From the NCBI GenBank assembly GCA_964345605.1, contig CAYFSA010000004.1, positions 1 to 50,239 on the forward strand: a stretch of DNA of 50,239 nucleotides, in the 5' to 3' direction. Shown one piece after another: positions 8,652 through 18,989 of the stretch. The position numbers were made by a program, and so were the translations under genes. The stretch is from an uncultured Ectothiorhodospiraceae bacterium (lineage in GTDB: Bacteria; Pseudomonadota; Gammaproteobacteria; CAYFSA01). Within the stretch, counting starts at the first letter, position 1. Each line of letters starts with the position of its first letter. The notes below the pieces were generated by a model. The model was not told the DNA's origin and did no database searches. It worked only from the letters and a program-made list of their open reading frames with translations.

Positions 8652-10000
8652 TGCAGTGGTCGCTGCAGCAGATCGCCGCCACGGTCGCAGGCCGCCTGCA
8701 GGGCGCGGACGCCGCGGCGAATGGGGTGAGCACGGACTCGCGCAGCCTCGCCCCGGGCAATCTGTTCGTCGCCCTGAGCGGCGCCCGCAGCGACGGCCAT
8801 GACTACCTCGAAAGCTGTGCCGGGCGGGCCGCGGGGGCCATTGTCAGCCGGCCGCAGCCGCTGAAATTGCCGCAAATCATCGTCCCGGACACCCTGCACG
8901 CCCTGCAGCAGCTCGCCCGGGCCTGGCGCCGGCAGTGGCCCGGCCAGGTCGTCGGCCTTACCGGCAGCAACGGCAAAACCACGGTCAAGGAAATGCTGCG
9001 CGCGATCCTGGCCGAAATCGGCCCGACCCTGGCCACCGCGGGCAACCTGAACAATCACATCGGCGTACCGCTGACCCTGCTGCGCCTGGCGCCGGAGCAC
9101 CGTTTCGCGGTCATCGAGATGGGCGCCAATCACTGTGGGGAAATCGCCCAACTGGCCGCCCTGGCCGAGCCCGACATCGGTCTGGTGACCAATGCCGGCC
9201 ATGCCCACCTGGAAGGCTTCGGCGGCCTGGACGGCGTCGCCCGCGGCAAGGGCGAGCTCTATACGGCCCTGCCGGCCGCTGGCGTCGCCATTATCAATGC
9301 CGACGATGCCTATGCCGACTACTGGACCGGCCTGGCCGGCAGCCGCCGCATCATCCGCTGCGGCCTAACGCGGCCCGCCACGATCACGGCCAGCGTTGCC
9401 GCCGACGGCCGCCTGCATATCCGGGGCCTGGCGAAGGCCGACTGCCCTGTGTCACTGCCACTGCCGGGCGAGCATAACCGCCGCAATGCCCTGGCCGCGG
9501 CGGCGGCCGCACAGGCGCTGGGCGCCCCGTGTCAAGCCATCGCCGCGGGCCTTAGCCAGATGCAGCCTAACGCGGGCCGCCTGCGCGAGCTGCCCGGTCT
9601 GGCCGGCAGCACCCTGATCGATGACAGCTATAACGCCAATCCCACCTCGCTGCACGCCGCCGCCCAGACCCTCGCCGCCCGCTCGGGACGGGGCTGGCTG
9701 GTGTTGGGCGACATGGCTGAGCTGGGCGCGCAGGCCCGGGCCCTGCACCGCGACTGCGGCCAAGCGATCAAGGCAGCCGGCATCGAGCGGCTGTGGACCC
9801 TGGGGCCGCTCGCGGGCGCCGCCGCGGCCGGTTTCGGCGCCGGCGCGCAGGCCTATCAGGACCCCGCGGCCCTGATCGCCGCCCTACAGGCCGAGTTGGC
9901 CCCGGACCTCACCCTGTTGATCAAAGGCTCACGCAGCATGCACATGGAAACCATCGTGCAGGCCCTGACCCAGCCTGAGGGGACGTCTCATGCTGCTTAG
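8648..10000 (+). CDS. murF: UDP-N-acetylmuramoyl-tripeptide--D-alanyl-D-alanine ligase MurF
   Basis: ATGA overlap. [11 protein letters not shown]-loop, Mur ligase architecture, conserved position. Confidence 0.95.
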   Translation: MMQWSLQQIAATVAGRLQGADAAANGVSTDSRSLAPGNLFVALSGARSDGHDYLESCAGRAAGAIVSRPQPLKLPQIIVPDTLHALQQLARAWRRQWPGQVVGLTGSNGKTTVKEMLRAILAEIGPTLATAGNLNNHIGVPLTLLRLAPEHRFAVIEMGANHCGEIAQLAALAEPDIGLVTNAGHAHLEGFGGLDGVARGKGELYTALPAAGVAIINADDAYADYWTGLAGSRRIIRCGLTRPATITASVAADGRLHIRGLAKADCPVSLPLPGEHNRRNALAAAAAAQALGAPCQAIAAGLSQMQPNAGRLRELPGLAGSTLIDDSYNANPTSLHAAAQTLAARSGRGWLVLGDMAELGAQARALHRDCGQAIKAAGIERLWTLGPLAGAAAAGFGAGAQAYQDPAALIAALQAELAPDLTLLIKGSRSMHMETIVQALTQPEGTSHAA

Positions 10001-11072
10001 TCTGTTCGATTTCCTGACCCAGTACGTCGGCGCCTTCAACGTCTTTCAATACCTGACCTTCCGCGCCATCCTCGGGGTGCTGACCGCGCTGGTCATCTCC
10101 CTGGTAATCGGCCCCATGCTGATCCGCCGTCTGACGCTTTACAAAGTTGGCCAGCATGTGCGCAGCGAAGGCCCGCAGACCCATCTGGCCAAAGCCGGCA
10201 CACCGACCATGGGCGGCACCCTGATCCTGGTGGCGGTCAGTATCAGCGTGCTGTGCTGGGGCGATCTCGACAACCGCTACGTCTGGATCGTGCTGCTGAC
10301 CACTCTCGGTTTCGGCCTGATCGGCGGCATTGACGATTTCCGCAAACTGCGCTTTGGCAACAGTCAGGGGTTGTCCGGGCGCACCAAGTACCTGTGGCAA
10401 TCCGGCGTCGCCCTGCTGACCGCCGGCGCCCTGTTTAGCACGGCCCAGTCACCGGCGGAAACCACTCTGATCGTGCCCACCTTAAAAGGGGTGACCCTGG
10501 CGCTCGGCTGGCTGTTCATCCCGTTCGCCTATTTCGTCATTGTCGGCAGCAGCAACGCGGTCAACTTAACCGACGGCCTGGATGGCCTGGCAATTATGCC
10601 GACGGTCATGGTCACCGGCGGCCTGGCGGTCTTCGCCTATACCACCGGCAATGCCGTATTCGCCGATTATCTGGGCATCCCTTATGTCGCCGGGGTCGGC
10701 GAGCTGGTGATCGTCTGCGCCGCCATCGTCGGCGCCGGGCTCGGCTTTCTCTGGTTCAATGCCTACCCCGCCCAGGTCTTCATGGGCGATGTCGGCGCCC
10801 TGGCCCTGGGCGCGGCCCTGGGTGTCATTGCCGTGGCCGTGCGCCAGGAGTTGGTGCTGTTCATTATGGGCGGGGTGTTCGTGATGGAAACCGTCTCGGT
10901 CATGCTGCAGGTCATCTCGTTCAAGCTTACCGGCCGCCGCATTTTCCGCATGGCGCCCCTGCATCATCATTTCGAGCTGCAGGGCTGGCCGGAGCCGCGG
11001 GTAATCGTGCGCTTTTGGATCATTACCGTGGTTCTGGTTCTGATCGGCCTGGCAACCCTGAAGGTGCGCTGA
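9990..11072 (+). CDS. mraY: Phospho-N-acetylmuramoyl-pentapeptide transferase MraY
   Basis: 360 aa polytopic membrane protein with [13 protein letters not shown] and APLHHHFE motifs. 11-nt overlap with murF. Confidence 0.97.
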   Translation: MLLSLFDFLTQYVGAFNVFQYLTFRAILGVLTALVISLVIGPMLIRRLTLYKVGQHVRSEGPQTHLAKAGTPTMGGTLILVAVSISVLCWGDLDNRYVWIVLLTTLGFGLIGGIDDFRKLRFGNSQGLSGRTKYLWQSGVALLTAGALFSTAQSPAETTLIVPTLKGVTLALGWLFIPFAYFVIVGSSNAVNLTDGLDGLAIMPTVMVTGGLAVFAYTTGNAVFADYLGIPYVAGVGELVIVCAAIVGAGLGFLWFNAYPAQVFMGDVGALALGAALGVIAVAVRQELVLFIMGGVFVMETVSVMLQVISFKLTGRRIFRMAPLHHHFELQGWPEPRVIVRFWIITVVLVLIGLATLKVR

Positions 11073-11074
11073 CC

Positions 11075-12430
11075 ATGAGCAAATCCACCAACGGCAAAAC
11101 CAGCGCCCCCCGCCCCAGCCTGATCGTGGGCCTGGGCAGCACGGGCCTATCGGTGGCCGATTTTCTGGCACGCCAGGACGAGCCCTTGCTGGTCACCGAC
11201 AGTCGCCCCGAGCCGCCGGCGCTGGCCACGCTGCAGGCCCGCCATCGGGCCGCCGAGGTCAGCGTGGGCGGCTTCGATAAGCGCCTTTTGAGCCGCTGCG
11301 GCCGCCTGGTGCTAAGTCCAGGCCTGCCGACCAGCGATCCGTTCGTGCAGGAGGCCTACGCCCGCGGCCTGGAGGTTATCGGCGATATCGAGCTGTTCGC
11401 CCGCCATGCCCAGGCGCCGGTCATCGCCATTACCGGCTCCAACGGCAAAAGTACGGTCACCGCCCTGGTGGCGGCCATGGCCCAGCGCGCCGGCATCCAT
11501 GCCGCCGCCGGCGGCAATCTCGGCCCGCCCGCCCTGGACTTGCTAGCCGACCCGGAGCCGGCGCTTTATGTCCTCGAGCTGTCCAGCTTTCAGCTCGAGA
11601 CCACTACCTCGCTGCGGCCGCTAGCCGCGGTCGTTCTGAACATCAGTCCCGATCATCTGGACCGCTATCCGGACTTAGGTGCCTACGCCGCCGCCAAAGC
11701 CAAAATCTATGATGCCGCGGCGCATTGCGTGATCAACCGTGATGATCCGCGCGCCGCTGCCTTGGCCGTGAACACTGCCCACCGCAGCTTCGGTCTGGAT
11801 GCCCCACCGCAATATCAAGACCACGGCTTGCTCAGCCACGCCGGCGAACCCTGGCTGGCGCGCGGCAACGACCCCCTGCTGCCGGTGCGCGAGCTGCGCA
11901 TTGCCGGCCGCCATAATCAGGCCAATGCCTTGGCCGCACTGAGTCTGGCCACGGCGGCGGGCATCGAAACCGACTCTGCCCTGCAGGCCCTCGCCGAATT
12001 CCCCGGTTTGCCGCATCGCTGCCAATGGGTCGCCGAACAGGGCGGCGTCAATTGGTACAACGATTCCAAGGCAACCAATGTCGGCGCGGCCGCTGTGGCC
12101 CTGAGTGGGATGGACGCCCCAGTCATTTTGCTGGCCGGCGGGCGCGGCAAAGGCCAGGATTTCAGCGCACTGCGCCAGCCGGTCAGCCGCCACGTCAAAC
12201 AACTGCTGGTCTTCGGCGAGGCTGCCGAGGCATTGGCCGCCGCCCTGGCCGATTGCACCGCGCTCGAGCAGGTTGCCGATCTCGACGCCGCTTGTGCCCG
12301 GGCCCATAGCCTCGCCGAACCGGGCGATAGGGTCCTGCTGTCGCCGGCCTGCGCCAGTCAGGACGCGTTTACCGATTACATCGCTCGTGGCCATGCCTTC
12401 ACGGCCGCGGTCAGGGGGATAATGACATGA
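11075..12430 (+). CDS. murD: UDP-N-acetylmuramoylalanine--D-glutamate ligase MurD
   Basis: ATG 11075, 2 nt after the mraY stop. MSKSTNGK...IVGLGSTGLS...ITGSNGKST. Confidence 0.94.
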   Translation: MSKSTNGKTSAPRPSLIVGLGSTGLSVADFLARQDEPLLVTDSRPEPPALATLQARHRAAEVSVGGFDKRLLSRCGRLVLSPGLPTSDPFVQEAYARGLEVIGDIELFARHAQAPVIAITGSNGKSTVTALVAAMAQRAGIHAAAGGNLGPPALDLLADPEPALYVLELSSFQLETTTSLRPLAAVVLNISPDHLDRYPDLGAYAAAKAKIYDAAAHCVINRDDPRAAALAVNTAHRSFGLDAPPQYQDHGLLSHAGEPWLARGNDPLLPVRELRIAGRHNQANALAALSLATAAGIETDSALQALAEFPGLPHRCQWVAEQGGVNWYNDSKATNVGAAAVALSGMDAPVILLAGGRGKGQDFSALRQPVSRHVKQLLVFGEAAEALAAALADCTALEQVADLDAACARAHSLAEPGDRVLLSPACASQDAFTDYIARGHAFTAAVRGIMT

Positions 12431-13704
12431 GCCGCACCGCCCCGCTGCCCCCATCCCGGCCGGGCGCCGGCGATTCCCCAGCGCCCCTACCCCGCACCGT
12501 AGGGGGGGCTTCAGCCCGCCACACCGAGCCTCCGGGCAGGCGCCGCGGTCGGTTAAAACCGACCCTACTCCGCACCGACAAGCTGGACTGGCCGCTGCTC
12601 CTGGCCGTCGCCGCCCTGCTCGGTATCGGCCTGGTCATGGTGACCTCGGCCGGGGTCGCCATTGCCGCTGAGCAAACCGGCGACAGCCTGTATTTTCTCA
12701 AGCGCCAGGGCAGCTTCATCGGCCTCGGCCTGTTGCTGGCCGCGGCGGTGTATCAGCTCAAACTCGCCGTATGGTATCAGACCCGCTTTATCCTGCTGGC
12801 CCTGGCATACGCCCTGCTGATCCTGGTGCTGCTGCCAAATGTCGGCCATACCGTTAACGGCAGCACGCGCTGGATCCTGTTGGGGCCAATCGGCCTGCAG
12901 GTCTCCGAGCCGGCCAAGCTGCTGGTCCTGCTCTATCTGGCCGGCTACACCGCCTGCCGCCCCGACGCCCTGCGCAATACCGTCAGCGGCTTCGTCCGGC
13001 CCATCGGGGTTTTGGCGGTGGTGGCCTTTCTGCTGCTCTTGGAGCCGGATTTCGGGGCGGCGGCGGTGCTGTTCGGCACCGGCTTCGCCCTGCTGTTCCT
13101 GGCCGGCGCGCGCCTGGTGCAGTTTGTTACGCTGGTGCTCGCAGCCGGCGCCAGCGCAGCCCTGCTGGCCATTTCCTCGCCCGAGCGTCTGGAGCGTCTG
13201 ACCACATTCATCAATCCCTGGGCCGATCCTTACAACACTGGCTTTCAATTGACCCAGGCCCTGATCGCCATCGGCCGCGGCGAGCTGTTCGGCGTGGGCC
13301 TCGGTGCCAGCGTGCAGAAACTGTTCTATCTGCCGGAGGCGCATAACGATTTTCTGTTCGCCGTGCTGGCCGAGGAACTCGGCTTTATCGGTGTGCTGAC
13401 CGTCATCGCCTTGTACGGCGTGGTACTCTGGCGGGGCCTTGCCATCGCCGCCGCCGCCGAATATCAGGGTCAGCGCTTCGGCGCCCTGCTGGCCTATGTG
13501 CTGACAATCTGGATGGGACTGCAGGCCTTCATCAACATGGGCGTGAATCTCGGCATCCTGCCAACCAAGGGCCTGACCCTGCCCCTGCTGAGCTATGGCG
13601 GCAGCAGCATGCTGATCTGCTGCATCAGCATCGGCCTGCTGCTGCGGGTGCATCGCGAGACCGTTGAGCGCGGCGCCTTGCCACGCGCCGGAGGGTCGTC
13701 ATGA
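12427..13704 (+). CDS. ftsW: Peptidoglycan glycosyltransferase FtsW (SEDS family), N-terminal tail includes a REP-like element
   Basis: ATG 12427 overlaps the murD stop (ATGA). It is the only in-frame ATG/GTG/TTG upstream of the first TM helix (DWPLLLAVAALLGIGLVMVTSAG). SEDS body includes PEAHNDFLFA and LPLLSYGGSS. Confidence 0.93.
   Translation: MSRTAPLPPSRPGAGDSPAPLPRTVGGASARHTEPPGRRRGRLKPTLLRTDKLDWPLLLAVAALLGIGLVMVTSAGVAIAAEQTGDSLYFLKRQGSFIGLGLLLAAAVYQLKLAVWYQTRFILLALAYALLILVLLPNVGHTVNGSTRWILLGPIGLQVSEPAKLLVLLYLAGYTACRPDALRNTVSGFVRPIGVLAVVAFLLLLEPDFGAAAVLFGTGFALLFLAGARLVQFVTLVLAAGASAALLAISSPERLERLTTFINPWADPYNTGFQLTQALIAIGRGELFGVGLGASVQKLFYLPEAHNDFLFAVLAEELGFIGVLTVIALYGVVLWRGLAIAAAAEYQGQRFGALLAYVLTIWMGLQAFINMGVNLGILPTKGLTLPLLSYGGSSMLICCISIGLLLRVHRETVERGALPRAGGSS
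12499..12568 (+). repeat. 70-bp GTAG-capped double-hairpin element (REP doublet / BIME-like), copy A, inside ftsW
   Basis: GTAGGGGGGGCTTCAGCCCGCCACACCGAGCCTCCGGGCAGGCGCCGCGGTCGGTTAAAACCGACCCTAC. Termini are GTAGGG and CCCTAC. Internal stem-loops are GGGGGGC/GCCCGCC and GGTCG/CGACC. 61/70 positions match the reverse complement of 14166-14235 in my ungapped hand alignment. Confidence 0.8.
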
Positions 13705-14879
13705 GGACCGAGCGGCCCGTGCTGATCATGGCCGGCGGCACCGGCGGCCATGTCTTCCCTGCCCTGGCGGTCGCGCGGGCCCTGCAGGACCGGGGCACAC
13801 GGATATGCTGGCTGGGCACGCGCCGCGGTCTGGAAGCCAAACTCGTGCCCGCCGCCGGTATTCCCTTTGACTGGCTCAGCATCAGCGGCCTGCGCGGCAA
13901 GGGCCGGGTGGCCTGGCTGCTGGCACCGCTGCGCCTGGCCATCGCCCTCGTCCAGGCGCTGCAGGTCATCTGGCGCCGGCGGCCGCGCGCCGTGCTCGGC
14001 ATGGGGGGGTTCGCCGCCGGGCCAGGCGGTGTCGCCGCATTTTTAACGCGGCGGCCGCTGGTCATCCATGAGCAAAACGCGGTCGCCGGCTTGACCAATC
14101 GCTTGCTCGCGCCGCTGGCAAAGCAGGTGCTTTGCGGTTTTGAGACCAGCTTTGCGCCTCGCCGGGTAGGGTCGATTCCAACCGACCGCCACGCCTGCCT
14201 GGAGGCTCGGCGTGGCGGGCCGAAGCCCGCCCTACGACATCTTAAGGCCCGCTGTGTGGGCAATCCGGTGCGCGCCGAGATCGCGGCGCTGCCGGCGCCC
14301 CGGGCCCGCCTGGCCGGCCGCTACGGTCCGCTGCGCCTGCTGGTGATCGGCGGCAGTCAGGGCGCGCAAGCCCTTAATCAAGTCGTGCCCCAGGCCTTGG
14401 CGCGACTGAGCTCGGCCGACCAGCCCCGGGTGCTGCATCAATGTGGGGCCGCCCAAGTCGCCGCGACCCAGGCCGCCTATCATGAAGCCGGACTACAAGC
14501 CGAGGTCAGCGCCTTCATCGACGATATGGCGACCGCCTATGCCTGGGCCGATTTGGTGCTCGCCCGGGCCGGTGCTTTAACCCTAGCGGAGCTGACCGCC
14601 GCCGGTATCGGCGCCTTGCTGGTACCCTATCCGCATGCGGTCGACGATCATCAGACCCATAACGCCCAGCCTCTAGTGGCAGCCGGCGCGGCCCATGTCA
14701 TCCCCCAGCATGCCCTGACCCCCGAGTGCCTGGCCGCCAAGCTGCAGCGGCTGTTCACCGAACGCGACAGCCTGCTGACCATGGCCATCGCCGCCCGCGG
14801 CCTGGCCCGCATCGATGCCGCCGAGCAAGTCGCCAATGCCTGCCTGCAGCTTGCGCAAGACCAGGAGCAGCCCCGATGA
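13701..14879 (+). CDS. murG: UDP-N-acetylglucosamine--N-acetylmuramyl-(pentapeptide) pyrophosphoryl-undecaprenol GlcNAc transferase MurG, with about 29 extra residues in mid-protein
   Basis: ATGA overlap with fts[42 protein letters not shown]. It is 392 aa versus 355 aa in E. coli; the extra segment coincides with the repeat element. Confidence 0.94.
   Translation: MRTERPVLIMAGGTGGHVFPALAVARALQDRGTRICWLGTRRGLEAKLVPAAGIPFDWLSISGLRGKGRVAWLLAPLRLAIALVQALQVIWRRRPRAVLGMGGFAAGPGGVAAFLTRRPLVIHEQNAVAGLTNRLLAPLAKQVLCGFETSFAPRRVGSIPTDRHACLEARRGGPKPALRHLKARCVGNPVRAEIAALPAPRARLAGRYGPLRLLVIGGSQGAQALNQVVPQALARLSSADQPRVLHQCGAAQVAATQAAYHEAGLQAEVSAFIDDMATAYAWADLVLARAGALTLAELTAAGIGALLVPYPHAVDDHQTHNAQPLVAAGAAHVIPQHALTPECLAAKLQRLFTERDSLLTMAIAARGLARIDAAEQVANACLQLAQDQEQPR
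14166..14235 (-). repeat. 70-bp GTAG-capped double-hairpin element (REP doublet / BIME-like), copy B, inverted, inside murG
   Basis: GTAGGGTCGATTCCAACCGACCGCCACGCCTGCCTGGAGGCTCGGCGTGGCGGGCCGAAGCCCGCCCTAC. Its reverse complement aligns with copy A. Stems are GGCGGGC/GCCCGCC, GGTCG/CGACC and a central GCCACGCC/GGCGTGGC. Confidence 0.8.
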
Positions 14880-16336
14880 AAGCCGATATGCCGCGGGCCT
14901 TTGACCTGCAAGCCCTGCCCAGCAACGACCCCCACATGGCTATGCGCCGCGTCCGGCGGATTCATTTTGTCGGCATCGGCGGTGCTGGTATGGGCGGCAT
15001 TGCCGAAGTGCTGCATAACATGGGCTATACCATCAGCGGCTCCGATCAGGCCGCCAACGGGATGACCCGGCGCCTGCAAGACTTGGGGGTGCAGGTCGCC
15101 TGCGGCCATGCCGCTGCCCATATCGAAGGGGCCGATGCCGTGGTCACCTCCAGCGCCATCAGCGCGACCAATCCGGAGGTCGCCGCTGCCCATGCCCAGC
15201 GCGTACCGGTGGTGCCGCGGGCGGAAATGCTGGCCGAGCTGATGCGCTTTCGTTATGGCGTGGCGGTCGCCGGCACCCATGGCAAAACCACCACGACCAG
15301 CCTGATCGCCAGCTTGCTCGCCGAGGGCGGGCTCGACCCCACTTTCGTCATCGGCGGTCGCTTAAACAGCACGGCCAGCCATGCCAAACTCGGTCAGAGC
15401 CGCTATCTGGTGGCCGAGGCCGACGAGAGCGATGCCTCATTTTTGTTCCTGCAGCCCATGCTGGCGGTAGTCACCAACATTGACGCCGACCATTTGCCCA
15501 CCTACGGCGGTGACTTGGGCCGGCTGCGGGCGACCTTCCGCGAATTTTTGCATCACCTGCCGTTCTACGGCCTGGTGGTGGCCTGCCTGGACGATCCCGG
15601 GGTGGCCGAGCTGCTGCCCGCGATCAAACGGCCGGTGTTGACTTACGGTCTGCAGGAGGCGGCCGATGTGCGTGCCAGCAACCTGCGCTACAGCGGTACA
15701 CGCGCGCAATTTCAAGTCACTATGCCGGACCGGGCGCCCGTCCAGGTCGACCTGAATCTGCCCGGCGCCCATAACGTCCGCAATGCCCTGGCCGCCATCG
15801 CCGTCGCCGCCGAACTAGCAGTGCCCAGCTCGGCCATCCAGCGGGGGCTGCAGCAATTCGCCGGGATCGAGCGCCGCTTTCGGGCCCAGGACATCACCAT
15901 GGCCGCTGGCCGGATCACATGGGTTGACGACTACGGCCACCACCCCACGGAAATCGCTGCCACCGTCCAGGCCGCCCGCGATGCCTGGCCGGGCCGGCGG
16001 CTGGTGGTCGCCTTCCAGCCGCATCGTTATACCCGTACCCGCGACCTGTTCGAGGACTTCACGGGGGTACTGACCACGATCGATCTGCTGGTCCTTTTGG
16101 AGGTCTACGCCGCCGGCGAGGCAGTCATCACCGGCGCGACCGGCCGCGATCTGGCACGGGCTATGCGGATGCGCGGTGTCGAACCGATTTTCGTGCCCGC
16201 TCTCGCCGATTGCCCCGGCATCCTGCGGCGCGTCCTGCGTGCTCAGGATGTCCTGCTGACGCTGGGTGCCGGCAGTATCGGCAGCCTGGCCCGGGCACTG
16301 CCCACCACCCTGTCCCCGGAGGCAGGCTCATGCTAG
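14876..16336 (+). CDS. murC: UDP-N-acetylmuramate--L-alanine ligase MurC
   Basis: ATG 14876 overlaps the murG stop. [24 protein letters not shown] and [10 protein letters not shown]. Confidence 0.95.
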   Translation: MKADMPRAFDLQALPSNDPHMAMRRVRRIHFVGIGGAGMGGIAEVLHNMGYTISGSDQAANGMTRRLQDLGVQVACGHAAAHIEGADAVVTSSAISATNPEVAAAHAQRVPVVPRAEMLAELMRFRYGVAVAGTHGKTTTTSLIASLLAEGGLDPTFVIGGRLNSTASHAKLGQSRYLVAEADESDASFLFLQPMLAVVTNIDADHLPTYGGDLGRLRATFREFLHHLPFYGLVVACLDDPGVAELLPAIKRPVLTYGLQEAADVRASNLRYSGTRAQFQVTMPDRAPVQVDLNLPGAHNVRNALAAIAVAAELAVPSSAIQRGLQQFAGIERRFRAQDITMAAGRITWVDDYGHHPTEIAATVQAARDAWPGRRLVVAFQPHRYTRTRDLFEDFTGVLTTIDLLVLLEVYAAGEAVITGATGRDLARAMRMRGVEPIFVPALADCPGILRRVLRAQDVLLTLGAGSIGSLARALPTTLSPEAGSC

Positions 16337-17238
16337 CGAATCGACGGAAAACCATCTTGCGCGGCGAATTGCGCTACGACATCTCCCTAGCCGAAGCCAC
16401 CACCTGGCGGGTCGGCGGTCCGGCCGAGCGCCTCTATCGGCCTGCGGATCTGGCCGATCTGGCCTTATTCATGGCCTCCCTGCCGCTGGGCGAGCCGGTG
16501 ACCTGGCTGGGCCTGGGCAGTAACCTACTGGTCCGTGACGGCGGCATCCCCGGCACGGTCATCGCCGTCGCCGGGCGCCTGCAGCGCCTGCAGCGCTGCG
16601 GCGAGGATCGCGTGCGCGCCGAGGCCGGCGTCACCTGCGCTCGGCTGGCGCGGTTTTGCGCCCGTAACGAACTCGGCGGCCTGGGCTTTCTTGCCGGTAT
16701 TCCGGGCACGGTCGGCGGCGCCCTGGCGATCAATGCCGGCGCCTTCGGCAGCGAAACCTGGGATCGTCTGGTGGCGGTGGAGACGATCGATCATCGGGGC
16801 CGGCCGCGGCGGCGCTCGCCGGCTGACTTCGAAGTCAGCTATCGGCATGTCCAAAGTCCCGGCCAGCGTGAATGGTTCACCGCCGGCGAATGGCAACTGC
16901 CGCCGGGAGTCCGCGAGGCCGAATTACTGCAAATGCGCAGCTGGCTGGAACAGCGTTCGCGCAGCCAGCCTATCGGCCAGCCTACCTGCGGCTCGGTGTT
17001 CCGCAACCCGCCCGGGGATCACGCCGGCCGCCTGATCGAGGCCGCCGGCCTGAAAGGCAAGCGCATCGGCGACGCGCAGGTGAGCGCCAAGCATGCCAAT
17101 TTCATCGTCAACCTGGGCAAAGCCACGGCCGAGGATATCGAGGCCCTGATCATTCATGTGCGCGAGACCGTAGCCCAGCAATTCCAGGTCTATCTGCAAT
17201 GCGAAGTCCGCATTCTGGGAGCGCCCCGTGATGGCTGA
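16330..17238 (+). CDS. murB: UDP-N-acetylenolpyruvoylglucosamine reductase MurB
   Basis: ATG 16330, 7-nt overlap with mur[21 protein letters not shown] and GSVFRNP motifs. Confidence 0.94.
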   Translation: MLANRRKTILRGELRYDISLAEATTWRVGGPAERLYRPADLADLALFMASLPLGEPVTWLGLGSNLLVRDGGIPGTVIAVAGRLQRLQRCGEDRVRAEAGVTCARLARFCARNELGGLGFLAGIPGTVGGALAINAGAFGSETWDRLVAVETIDHRGRPRRRSPADFEVSYRHVQSPGQREWFTAGEWQLPPGVREAELLQMRSWLEQRSRSQPIGQPTCGSVFRNPPGDHAGRLIEAAGLKGKRIGDAQVSAKHANFIVNLGKATAEDIEALIIHVRETVAQQFQVYLQCEVRILGAPRDG

Positions 17239-18175
17239 GTCCAGACTGCATCCGGCTGCCGACTATGGCCGCGTGGCTGTGCTCATGGGCGGTCAGTCGG
17301 CCGAGCGGGCCATTTCGTTGAAAAGCGGCCAGGCCGTCTTGAACGCCCTGCAGCGCCTGGGGATTGCCGCCGTCGGGGTCGATGTCGGCCCGGACGTGCT
17401 GGCCAAGCTAAGTGCCGGCGACTTCCAGCGCGCGGTCATCATGCTGCATGGCCGCGGCGGCGAGGATGGCGTGATCCAGGGCGCCCTGGAAACCCTCGGC
17501 CTGCCCTACACCGGCAGCGGCGTACTGGCCTGTGCCCTGGCCATGGATAAGCTGATGAGCAAACGGGTATGGCTGGGCCTGGGCCTGCCAACCCCGGCAA
17601 GCTGCCTGCTGACCGCCGCCAGCGAGCCCGCCGCGGTGGTCGCTGCGCTCGGCTTGCCGCTGTTCGTCAAACCGACCCTGGAGGGCTCGAGCCTGGGCAT
17701 GACCAAAGTCAAACACCGCGACGAACTCGCGCCCGCCTACGCGGCAGCCGCCCCATACGGGCCCGTGTTGGCCGAGACCTGCATTGCCGGAGGCGAATAC
17801 ACCTTCGCCATCCTGGATACCGAGGTGCTGCCGGCGATCCGCCTGCGCACCCCGCATGAATTCTATGATTTCGACGCCAAATACCAGGCCGCCGATACTG
17901 GCTATGACTGCCCTGCCGATTTGGCCCCCGAGCACGAGCGCCGGCTCGCCGAGATTGCCCGGCAGGCGTTTAAGGCGCTGGGGGCTTCAGGCTGGGGCCG
18001 GGTCGATATGATGGTCGACGCGGCCGGCCAAGGCTGGCTGCTGGAGGTCAATACCATTCCCGGGATGACCGATCACAGCCTGGTACCGATGGCCGCCCGC
18101 GTTCATGGTTTGAGCTTCGCCGCGCTCGCCGAGCGCATCCTCGCCACCAGCTTGACCCCTTTGCGGGCACGCTAA
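17231..18175 (+). CDS. ddl: D-alanine--D-alanine ligase
   Basis: ATG 17231 (GTG 17228 is also possible) overlaps the murB end. VAVLMGGQSAEREISLKSG and an ATP-grasp body ending EVNTIPGMTDHSLVPMAA. Confidence 0.95.
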   Translation: MAESRLHPAADYGRVAVLMGGQSAERAISLKSGQAVLNALQRLGIAAVGVDVGPDVLAKLSAGDFQRAVIMLHGRGGEDGVIQGALETLGLPYTGSGVLACALAMDKLMSKRVWLGLGLPTPASCLLTAASEPAAVVAALGLPLFVKPTLEGSSLGMTKVKHRDELAPAYAAAAPYGPVLAETCIAGGEYTFAILDTEVLPAIRLRTPHEFYDFDAKYQAADTGYDCPADLAPEHERRLAEIARQAFKALGASGWGRVDMMVDAAGQGWLLEVNTIPGMTDHSLVPMAARVHGLSFAALAERILATSLTPLRAR

Positions 18176-18176
18176 T

Positions 18177-18989
18177 GTGGTCAGGCATACTCGTTTTTCC
18201 CGGTCTGCCAATGGTCATCGCGCAACCATGCCATATCGCTTGTCCACCCGCCCGCGACGCCGGCTGCTGCCCGCTGCCGGGGGCCTTATGCTGATTCTGG
18301 CAACCGCCATGGGGGCACTATGGGCTTGGCAGCAAGCCACTGCGCCCGGCCGCTGGCCCATTCGCCAGGTTGCGGTGGCCGGCGATCTGCCCAGCGCCTG
18401 CCAGGCTCGGGTCAAGGCCACCCTGGCCCGGCACACCGATGCGGGTCTGTGGGCCCTGCCGCTCGCCAGCCTGGACCGGCAGCTGGAAGCCCTACCCTGG
18501 GTCCGGTCCGCACGCTTGCGGCGGCAGTGGCCGGACCGGCTGGAAGTGCGCATTCAGCGGCATCATGCCGTGGCCCGCTGGGGCCGCGAAGCCGCCTTGA
18601 ACGCCCAGGCACAAGTTTTTACGCCGCCGGTGGCCGAAGTACCGGCGGACCTGCCGCAGCTGATCGGCCCACCGGGCAGCGCGGCCAAGCTTTGGACTCG
18701 CTATCAGGCCCTGGCCCCGCATTTGGCCGAGCTCGGCCTGGCCCTGCAGATCCTGCGCATGGACCGCCGCCAGGCCTGGCATCTGCAAGTCACCGATGAC
18801 CTGGCGATCGCCCTCGGGCGCAGCGAGGTAGCGGCTCGCTTCGCCCGTTTCCTGCGCGCCTATCCCCGCATCACACCGCCGCCCGGCAAGCGCTTGGCCC
18901 GGGTGGACATGCGCTACAGCAATGGCCTGGCGGTGGCTTGGCAAGCTACTGAACCGACGCCGCAACCAGATGAGGACAACAACGGATGA
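18177..18989 (+). CDS. ftsQ: Cell division protein FtsQ
   Basis: GTG 18177 from the ORF track; ATG 18228 (MPYRLSTRPRRR...) is an alternative. Basic tail, one TM helix (LMLILATAMGALWAW), POTRA-like region, conserved position. Confidence 0.88.
   Translation: MVRHTRFSRSANGHRATMPYRLSTRPRRRLLPAAGGLMLILATAMGALWAWQQATAPGRWPIRQVAVAGDLPSACQARVKATLARHTDAGLWALPLASLDRQLEALPWVRSARLRRQWPDRLEVRIQRHHAVARWGREAALNAQAQVFTPPVAEVPADLPQLIGPPGSAAKLWTRYQALAPHLAELGLALQILRMDRRQAWHLQVTDDLAIALGRSEVAARFARFLRAYPRITPPPGKRLARVDMRYSNGLAVAWQATEPTPQPDEDNNG

Noticed and set aside
12565-13653. 362-aa ORF antisense to ftsW, and similar long antisense ORFs at 18914-19864 (ftsA), 5440-6225 (ftsI) and 25019-25816 (secA)
   Set aside because: All lie opposite strongly recognisable conserved genes. 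Their compositions (G/A/Q/D/H-rich, no motifs) are what is expected from stop-poor antisense frames in GC-rich sequence.
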